The notes below the pieces were generated by a model. That model searched no databases, was not told the DNA's origin, and saw only the letters and a list, made by a program, of their open reading frames with translations. Source: a virus. Taken from it: a DNA stretch of 11,878 nt. The stretch covers positions 1-11,878 of the IMG/VR virus record IMGVR_UViG_3300010970_000218; one strand, 5' to 3'. Below, one piece after another: positions 6,261-10,848 of the stretch (the stretch's first letter is position 1; each line of letters starts with the position of its first letter). The translations under genes were made by a program, and so were the position numbers.

Positions 6261-7462
6261 TATTTTTTGCGACTGATCAAATAAATTACCAATGCACCAC
6301 CAATAACAATGGGCAAATAATTCATTTTTTTAGTTCCGTCAGCATTTACATTTTCTGCCTGGTTAACAATACTTTCAATTTCATCCTGTGAAGCCTGTTC
6401 TATTTGGGCATCTGCTTCCAGTTTCTTTTCAACCACATTTTTAACCTGTTTAGCTAAAACTTGTTTTCCAACTTCGGCAACTTCCTTAACATCAATTCCC
6501 AACTTTGAAAGAAATTCAGCCAATTTTATTAAAATAGGTGCAGCAGTGGCAGCAGCAGCAGCAGTGCCAGTGGCAACTACTCCCACCTGACCTTCAGAAG
6601 CAAATTCAACATCAGATCCAAGCAACCTTTTCTTTTTTGCCCCCTGTTCGGTTTTTCTCAAAAGTTCATTTGGATTTCCGCCCAGGTTTTTCCACCAGTT
6701 TTGTGTTTCATCTGCTTTATTTGTAAAAGCATTTTTCAACTTTGTAGCCAAACCCATAAAGTTAAGACCTACCAGAAGCAAAAATGATCCCCTTGCTGGT
6801 GCCAGGGCAATTTTCAAAACTATTTTCTTTTTTTCTTTAGGCTTGGCAGCTGGTGCAGTAGCTTTAGCAACTGGTGCAGCAGCTTTTTTAGCAGCTTTCT
6901 TTTTAGATGCACCAATACCTGAAACTGAATATAGTGGCATAGTTGGTTCTTTATCTATTTTGTGATAATATGTTTTCCTTTCATTAAATTTTGATAGCAC
7001 AGGATCAATAAAGTATTCATTTCCATCTTGATCCTGGATAACTGCAAAAACGTGGTGCGGAATTTCATCTAAAAGTCTGTAACTGGCAAAACGATAATAA
7101 ATAGTATTATTTATTAAATTTTTGCGTTTTAGACTGTCTAAAATGCCCATAATAAACAAAGCATAATTTTTGCAGTCATTTTTTCCCAAAGATAAAATTG
7201 CACTTGGGGACATAATCCTTTGTGCCTTGTCAGATTCTATTTTGTACCGAACATTTTTCTTGAGAAATTCAAAAAGTTTCTTTGCAGTTTGAATACCATT
7301 ACCTGCATAAAAATCTTGGCTAATTTTATCGTATTCACTGGCATAAAGTTTGTGAGCTGAAAGCATTGCAGAAATAATATCTGGGACCTGTTGATCTCTA
7401 ACAAGAATTTTTGAGTTTCCCCCAAAGGGCTTCAATCTTCCCAAAAGTATATTTTTCTGCAT
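6260..7462 (-). CDS. Transglutaminase-like (Cys-His-Asp) peptidase-fold protein with an AKP-rich linker and two TM segments.
   Basis: 'LGKNDCKNYALFIMGILDS' supplies the Cys, 'IPHHVFAVIQDQDGNEYFIDP' the His and Asp. Linker 'SKKKAAKKAAAPVAKATAPAAKPKEKKK'. TM segments 'FLLLVGLNFMGLA' and C-terminal 'LPIVIGGALVIYLI'. ATG at 7462..7460 overlaps the upstream stop (TAATG). Confidence 0.55.
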   Translation of the reverse strand: MQKNILLGRLKPFGGNSKILVRDQQVPDIISAMLSAHKLYASEYDKISQDFYAGNGIQTAKKLFEFLKKNVRYKIESDKAQRIMSPSAILSLGKNDCKNYALFIMGILDSLKRKNLINNTIYYRFASYRLLDEIPHHVFAVIQDQDGNEYFIDPVLSKFNERKTYYHKIDKEPTMPLYSVSGIGASKKKAAKKAAAPVAKATAPAAKPKEKKKIVLKIALAPARGSFLLLVGLNFMGLATKLKNAFTNKADETQNWWKNLGGNPNELLRKTEQGAKKKRLLGSDVEFASEGQVGVVATGTAAAAATAAPILIKLAEFLSKLGIDVKEVAEVGKQVLAKQVKNVVEKKLEADAQIEQASQDEIESIVNQAENVNADGTKKMNYLPIVIGGALVIYLISRKK

Positions 7463-7878
7463 TAAATTAAAGCTGCTTTATAGTCAAAAGGTACTACAAT
7501 ACCATCAAAATTGCCTGTTCCCTTAATTGTGTATTTTAACCCCTTTTTCAGCCATCCTTTTGAAGTGATTAGCTGGAGTATTCCAATAGTAGGTGAAGCC
7601 TGTATTTTCAATTCAGATTCAGACCTGGCAGCAATTTTTTGTTCACCAAAACTGGAAAAATCAGCAACCAATTTATCTCCCAAGTAAACTTCACCAGTAA
7701 TGGCTGAAACCTTTGCAGTTTGTCCAGTTGGATTTTGAACACCAAAAACCAATTCAAATTTTTTATTGGCAAAACGCAATTTTTTAAATATCAATTTTGT
7801 TTTTGCAGCCAACTGACTTTTGCCTAACAAATACCATCCAGTTAGACCAGCCAAACCAATTAAAATCCAATTTCTCAT
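7462..7878 (-). CDS. N-terminally anchored LEA_2/WHy-like beta-sandwich protein (138 aa).
   Basis: The ORF track starts at TTG 7905, which lies inside the -7 promoter box. The first ATG is at 7878..7876. TM segment 'NWILIGLAGLTGWYLLG'. 'FELVFGVQNPTGQTAKVSAITGEVYLGDKLVADF...LKYTIKGTGNFDGIVVPFDY' follows the LEA_2 pattern (NPN-like strand, Y-x-l-x-G, ..PF). Confidence 0.45.
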   Translation of the reverse strand: MRNWILIGLAGLTGWYLLGKSQLAAKTKLIFKKLRFANKKFELVFGVQNPTGQTAKVSAITGEVYLGDKLVADFSSFGEQKIAARSESELKIQASPTIGILQLITSKGWLKKGLKYTIKGTGNFDGIVVPFDYKAALI

Positions 7879-7902
7879 TTTCAAAATTTTCAAATAATAA
7901 CC

Positions 7903-7934
7903 CAAAATTACTGAAAAATATTCAAAAAACCAAA
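7903..7934 (-). promoter_or_regulatory. Bacteroidota-type promoter for the long structural/lysis operon: -33 TTTG (7934..7931), 20-nt spacer, -7 TAATTTTG (7910..7903).
   Basis: Minus-sense the region reads 'TTTG GTTTTTTGAATATTTTTCAG TAATTTTG'. This is a perfect match to the TAnnTTTG consensus, about 25 nt upstream of ATG 7878. Confidence 0.5.
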
Positions 7935-7936
7935 CA

Positions 7937-7978
7937 TTAGGTCAAAGTAGGTCAGAAAGTGGGTCAGTTTATAGGTAC
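7937..7978 (+). repeat. Phased direct iterons (T)AGGTCA / GGGTCA / TAGGTAC, including two adjacent 12-mers (C/G)AAAGT(A/G)GGTCA.
   Basis: TAGGTCA at 7938..7944 and 7948..7954, TGGGTCA at 7960..7966, TAGGTAC at 7972..7978. Spacing is 10, 12 and 12 nt. The tandem 12-mers are at 7943..7954 and 7955..7966. Confidence 0.7.
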
Positions 7979-8007
7979 ACCCGCCCCCCTGTAAGGGGGG
8001 CGGGTGT
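7977..8007. other. Perfect 13-bp GC-rich stem-loop (ACACCCGCCCCCC / TGTAA / GGGGGGCGGGTGT). Candidate origin, packaging or strand-switch structure.
   Basis: Arms 7977..7989 and 7995..8007 are exact reverse complements with a 5-nt loop. Eleven of the 13 pairs are G:C, in an AT-rich genome. No T-run follows on either strand. Confidence 0.75.
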
Positions 8008-8043
8008 CCTACCCCCTTTCCTGAAACCTTTTGTCCAGGATAA

Positions 8044-8062
8044 AAACTGACCTAAACTGACC
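8044..8062 (+). repeat. Two copies of AAACTGACC at 10-nt period, the reverse complement of GGTCAGTTT at 7962..7970. These are inverted iterons on the far side of the GC hairpin.
   Basis: 'aaactgacc' at 8044..8052 and 8054..8062. 'TGACCTA' at 8048..8054 is the reverse complement of TAGGTCA. Confidence 0.7.
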
Positions 8063-8075
8063 AAAATTCATCTAA

Positions 8076-8096
8076 TTCACTTTCCCTTCACCTTTA
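8076..8096 (+). promoter_or_regulatory. Motif copy C, TTCAC-TTTCCC-TTCAC-CTTTA. It is the only copy oriented on the plus strand.
   Basis: The plus strand reads 'ttcactttcccttcaccttta'. Positions 8078..8091 are the exact reverse complement of 8369..8382. Confidence 0.6.
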
Positions 8097-8102
8097 GCAA
8101 TT

Positions 8103-8127
8103 AAAAAAGGGGCAAATTGCCCCTTTT
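8103..8127 (-). terminator. Rho-independent terminator after CDS 8154..8342 (symmetric, so potentially bidirectional).
   Basis: The plus strand reads 'aaaaaaggggcaaattgcccctttt'. Minus-sense this is GGGGC-AATTT-GCCCC followed by T6, about 30 nt after the stop. Confidence 0.75.
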
Positions 8128-8153
8128 ATGTTTGTTTGCAGTGTTAATGTTTG

Positions 8154-8342
8154 TCAGGATGCCTCTGTGAGGTATTCTCTGGCCTCAAATTCCTTCGTTC
8201 TCTTGTCATATAGGTTCACATACCATCCACCACTTTTAATGGCAAATTTGAGGATATTTTGAACGTTGTTGATATTCCTATATTTTCTTGGCTGAATGCC
8301 AGTTTCAGGTTTAAAAAAAATAATGGCAGTGTAAAGTTTCAT
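8154..8342 (-). CDS. Hypothetical 62-aa basic protein in its own hairpin-to-terminator cassette.
   Basis: ATG at 8342..8340 and TGA at 8156..8154. Sequence 'MKLYTAIIFFKPETGIQPRKYRNINN...'. No motif recognised. Bracketed by the 14-bp inverted repeat 8078..8091 / 8369..8382. Confidence 0.55.
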   Translation of the reverse strand: MKLYTAIIFFKPETGIQPRKYRNINNVQNILKFAIKSGGWYVNLYDKRTKEFEAREYLTEAS

Positions 8343-8368
8343 TTTGTTAGAAATTTTCTATTTTTGTT

Positions 8369-8383
8369 GTGAAGGGAAAGTGG
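8369..8383 (-). promoter_or_regulatory. Motif copy D. Minus-sense it reads CCAC-TTTCCC-TTCAC, 26 nt upstream of ATG 8342.
   Basis: The plus strand reads 'gtgaagggaaagtgg'. This is a 14-nt exact inverted repeat with copy C. Confidence 0.6.
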
Positions 8384-8412
8384 TTTTTCGTTAGGAAGAT
8401 CATTTGTCAAGG

Positions 8413-8434
8413 TAGGATCAGGCGACTGATCCTA
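8413..8434. other. 9-bp hairpin (TAGGATCAG-GCGA-CTGATCCTA) overlapping the stop codon of the ATPase gene.
   Basis: Arms 8413..8421 and 8426..8434. Minus-sense there is no T-run, so it is not a canonical terminator. It may be an attenuator or processing structure between the ATPase gene and the 62-aa gene. Confidence 0.5.
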
Positions 8435-9391
8435 TTTTTGTTTATACAATTCACCAGATTTTACGATTGATCCATCCAGCAACCAGTCTTTAACCAATTT
8501 TTTACAGGTAGTTGATCCCTTGCCAGTAAATTCTTCCAGGTCAGCTAAAAGTTCAGTATATTTTCTGGGCTGGTATAATATCCTGTTTATTAGGCTGGTT
8601 TTTTCCATTCCAAAAATATATGTTCCAGACTTTTCCTGTGTGTTGTTTGCCTGTGTCCAGGATGATCCAGAATAATAAATTGAAATAGGGTTAAATTCAT
8701 CAGATGAACGCAGAAAAGTGGCTGAAAGATCAATAGTTTTATTTTCCTTATTTTTTTCAATCTTTAAAACTGATTGTGCTTTTCTATCCAGGTAGGAACC
8801 AATATGCCCAATACTATTTTGTTCCTTTTTACCCAAATGTAAAACGCAAAGGATAAGTAAATTGTGGATCTTGGTAATTTTCTTCAGCCATTGAATTAAA
8901 TAAAAACTTTGTTCTACTGAATTAAAATCTGAAATAAGATCCAGGATTCCATCCAGCACTAAAATTGAGCAGTCTGGATTCTCTTGCAAATAAATTTCAA
9001 TCATTTGCTGAATCTCATTAGGACTGTCCTCTCTAAATAAAAAACTATCAAAATTATGGGGCAAATAATCAGTTATTATTTGCGTTCTAATCCTATCCAA
9101 TACCCTGTAATAATCAAAATCACTGCTTTCAGTGTCTATGTAACAAATTCGCTTCCTGTCTGGTGGAAAGTTAAGTTTCATTCCAAATATATCCCAGGTA
9201 GTAAATGCGGAAGCAATGGCACTGGTGATAAATGTACTTTTACCCGCTTTAGGTAATCCCTGGAAACAAACAAATGACTGCAAACAACCTATATTTTTAC
9301 CATCAATAGTAAAAATTATATTTTCATCTGGTGGCTGGTAGTTTTGCTTGAATTTCCTGGATAACAATTTTTCGTGTAGATCATTTGTCAT
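8432..9391 (-). CDS. RecA-fold P-loop ATPase, RepA/DnaB-like (AAA_25-type). Putative replicative helicase and the only NTPase in the genome.
   Basis: Walker A 'GLPKAGKST'. 'RICYIDTESS' is a catalytic-Glu strand as in DnaB/RepA. Walker B 'CSILVLDGILDL'. 'LLILCVLHLGKK' is sensor-like. The ORF track starts at TTG 9403, and the first ATG is at 9391..9389 (MTNDLHEK...). Confidence 0.65.
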   Translation of the reverse strand: MTNDLHEKLLSRKFKQNYQPPDENIIFTIDGKNIGCLQSFVCFQGLPKAGKSTFITSAIASAFTTWDIFGMKLNFPPDRKRICYIDTESSDFDYYRVLDRIRTQIITDYLPHNFDSFLFREDSPNEIQQMIEIYLQENPDCSILVLDGILDLISDFNSVEQSFYLIQWLKKITKIHNLLILCVLHLGKKEQNSIGHIGSYLDRKAQSVLKIEKNKENKTIDLSATFLRSSDEFNPISIYYSGSSWTQANNTQEKSGTYIFGMEKTSLINRILYQPRKYTELLADLEEFTGKGSTTCKKLVKDWLLDGSIVKSGELYKQK

Positions 9392-9404
9392 TGGTTTACA
9401 CAAT

Positions 9405-9668
9405 TTAAATTATTATACTACTTTCCTTTTCTCCTTTAGTTTCAATGTATGCACAAAATTCATCAGCTATGTTGTAGGACTGCCTTATTAAGTATGAAAT
9501 ATCCTCATCAGATAGATCCTCAACTTTGTTTTTTCTTAATTGTGCTGAAAGGATATTAAGTGCAGTTATTTCCAGTTTTGACATTCCTGCCATCAGGATC
9601 ACCTGACCAAATTTGTCCTGCATTGGGTGAACTGGCATTGCTGGTAGATCTTTGTTTCTTTGCGACAT
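9405..9668 (-). CDS. Hypothetical 87-aa protein, first gene of the replication-type operon.
   Basis: ATG at 9668..9666, preceded by an A-rich leader. It ends 13 nt before the ATPase ATG. No motif recognised. Confidence 0.6.
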   Translation of the reverse strand: MSQRNKDLPAMPVHPMQDKFGQVILMAGMSKLEITALNILSAQLRKNKVEDLSDEDISYLIRQSYNIADEFCAYIETKGEKESSIII

Positions 9669-9738
9669 TTTTTTATTTTATTTATTGTTGATTTTACAAT
9701 AGTTCTAATTCAATAAGTTTATAACCAATTTTTTTTAC

Positions 9739-9838
9739 ACTTTTCACAATTTGTTTTTTTATTGAATTATTTAAAGTCAAACAATAAGGGCAAAGTGGTT
9801 TCCCGACTTTGCCCCTGTATTGGGTTATTGTGAAAAGT
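9739..9838. repeat. 12-bp perfect inverted repeat ACTTTTCACAAT (9739..9750) / ATTGTGAAAAGT (9827..9838) bracketing terminator 9788..9814.
   Basis: The arms are exact reverse complements. The core CTTTTCAC/GTGAAAAG resembles the TTCAC motif family. Confidence 0.65.
9788..9814 (-). terminator. Rho-independent terminator after CDS 9848..10069.
   Basis: Minus-sense: GGGCAAAGT-CGGGAAACC-ACTTTGCCC, followed by TTATTGTTT. The stem is 9 bp. Confidence 0.7.
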
Positions 9839-9847
9839 TTTGAGCAA

Positions 9848-10069
9848 TTAACGCACTTCATTGTTTCTTTGTGTGTTGCGTTCTTTTAATATTGCTTCAT
9901 ACTTCACAAAATCTTCCATTGCATACTTCATAGAATATTTGCGTAAAAAATAGATCTTTGAAATTCCTTCACTGGGATATTCAGTTGTGGAAAGCAAAAT
10001 AAAGGGTTCATTGGCAGAAATAAAAACTTCAAAAAAATACTTTGTTCCATTAATTGTGTAAGGCTTCAT
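9848..10069 (-). CDS. Hypothetical 73-aa protein.
   Basis: ATG at 10069..10067, 1 nt after the upstream stop. TAA at 9850..9848 is followed by a terminator. No motif recognised. Confidence 0.55.
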   Translation of the reverse strand: MKPYTINGTKYFFEVFISANEPFILLSTTEYPSEGISKIYFLRKYSMKYAMEDFVKYEAILKERNTQRNNEVR

Positions 10070-10070
10070 T

Positions 10071-10319
10071 TTAAAAATTTAATTTAAGTTCTTGAATTTG
10101 GTTTTCATATAGATCAATACTTTCCTGAATCAACATTCTCATTTCATTAACCAATGATATATCAGTATCAATCTGTATTATTTCATACCTATTGCTTCCA
10201 ATATCAAAACTAATTTTAATATTTTGATATTCACCTTGATAACGTTTTAAATTGTTAATCTTGTACTGAATATGCTCAATTTCAAGCATTGTTTCCCTCA
10301 AATTGTTGAATAGTTCCAT
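10071..10319 (-). CDS. Hypothetical 82-aa coiled-coil-like protein (trimmed from the 115-aa ORF-track model).
   Basis: An internal ATG at 10319..10317 (MELFNNLRETMLEIEH...) begins 4 nt after the stop of ORF 10324..10515, which removes a 95-nt overlap. The longer start cannot be excluded. Confidence 0.5.
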   Translation of the reverse strand: MELFNNLRETMLEIEHIQYKINNLKRYQGEYQNIKISFDIGSNRYEIIQIDTDISLVNEMRMLIQESIDLYENQIQELKLNF

Positions 10320-10323
10320 AAAA

Positions 10324-10515
10324 TTAATTGTTTTGCATTTCGGCATATCTACCAAAATGATAGCCAATGTGAAATAAATGTAATTCTGAAGGATAAAAAA
10401 TTTCAATCCTTCCCCCATCCAATTCAGTGAAAGGAATGTTCCGATTCGTTAAAAAGGTCATCAGACCATACAGGTAATTGTGAACGATTATTGACTTTTC
10501 TTTTTTTTCTAACAT
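10324..10515 (-). CDS. Hypothetical 63-aa protein.
   Basis: ATG at 10515..10513 immediately precedes an A8 run. It overlaps the 3' 92 nt of ORF 10424..10633 in another frame. The gene model is uncertain. Confidence 0.4.
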   Translation of the reverse strand: MLEKKEKSIIVHNYLYGLMTFLTNRNIPFTELDGGRIEIFYPSELHLFHIGYHFGRYAEMQNN

Positions 10516-10633
10516 TGCTAAAAAATTTAAGAATTGATAAAATTTGTAAAATGACCAGTAGGCAAATTGCAGTTGGGATGCCTATTAATACCAGATAAAT
10601 AACTGATATTACCCAAGCCAATACCCTGATCAT
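10424..10633 (-). CDS. Hypothetical 69-aa membrane protein (two hydrophobic segments followed by a basic stretch).
   Basis: 'VLAWVISVIYLVLIGIPTAICLLVILQILSIL', then 'RKKRK'. ATG at 10633..10631 overlaps the stop of the 24-codon ORF (ATGA). Confidence 0.5.
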   Translation of the reverse strand: MIRVLAWVISVIYLVLIGIPTAICLLVILQILSILKFFSNVRKKRKVNNRSQLPVWSDDLFNESEHSFH

Positions 10634-10704
10634 AAATTATCAGCAAAGCATAAAAGAATAGCACCCAGAACAATAAGCAGAATTTGAATAGCAGTTTTTT
10701 TCAT
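10630..10704 (-). CDS. 24-codon hydrophobic mini-ORF (MKKTAIQILLIVLGAILLCFADNL), absent from the ORF track.
   Basis: Translated by hand. ATG at 10704..10702. TGA at 10632..10630 overlaps the next ATG by ATGA. It is the first ORF after terminator 10791..10819. Confidence 0.35.
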   Translation of the reverse strand: MKKTAIQILLIVLGAILLCFADNL

Positions 10705-10790
10705 TGTTTTTCGTTTTAAAAATTGTTAATAAGTCATTTGTCAATGCGAACTTAAATAACTTTTATTGAATATTCCAAATTTTTAGGCAT

Positions 10791-10819
10791 AAAAAAAGGG
10801 AGAAATTGAAATTTCCCCC
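10791..10819 (-). terminator. Rho-independent terminator after the lysozyme gene, marking the end of the long operon.
   Basis: Minus-sense: GGGGGAAATT-TC-AATTTCTCCC (10-bp stem with 1 mismatch) followed by T7. It lies 30 nt after the stop at 10849..10851. Confidence 0.7.
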
Positions 10820-10848
10820 TGTAACACCTCTATTTATGAACCTATAAA

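Noticed and set aside
7237-7425. Minus-strand 62-aa ORF nested inside the transglutaminase-like gene.
   Set aside because: It lies fully inside a longer ORF that carries the Cys-His-Asp motifs, and it has no independent signals.
6260-7462. 'PHHVFAV' and other H-x-H-like strings inspected as possible HUH rolling-circle Rep motifs.
   Set aside because: The context is the His/Asp part of a transglutaminase-like core. No accompanying Tyr motif or Rep-like layout was seen in any ORF.
7879-7905. N-terminal extensions in the ORF track: 7879..7905, 9392..9403, 2168..2185, 11350..11352 and 10320..10418.
   Set aside because: These begin at TTG or GTG codons, which I checked on the sequence. They overlap upstream stops or the -7 promoter box, whereas in-frame ATG codons just downstream give tidy gene junctions. 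The 10320..10418 extension is the least certain rejection.
8008-8075. A 20-codon minus-strand ORF (MNFGQFRSVFILDKRFQERG) inside the ori-like region.
   Set aside because: It is composed of the iteron repeats themselves, is very short and has no coupling signals. It is most likely fortuitous.
8413-8440. Hairpin plus downstream T-run read as a plus-strand terminator.
   Set aside because: No plus-strand gene or promoter feeds into it. The T-run is simply the complement of the Lys codons (K-Q-K) at the ATPase C-terminus.
8432-9391. Inovirus (filamentous phage) interpretation, with the P-loop protein as Zot/pI, the Gly-rich 494-aa protein as pIII and the small TM proteins as coat proteins.
   Set aside because: The ATPase has no TM or C-terminal membrane domain and shows DnaB/RepA-like strands. 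A holin/GH24 lysis cassette and jelly-roll-like capsid candidates argue for a lytic icosahedral virus. This is not fully excluded without profile searches.
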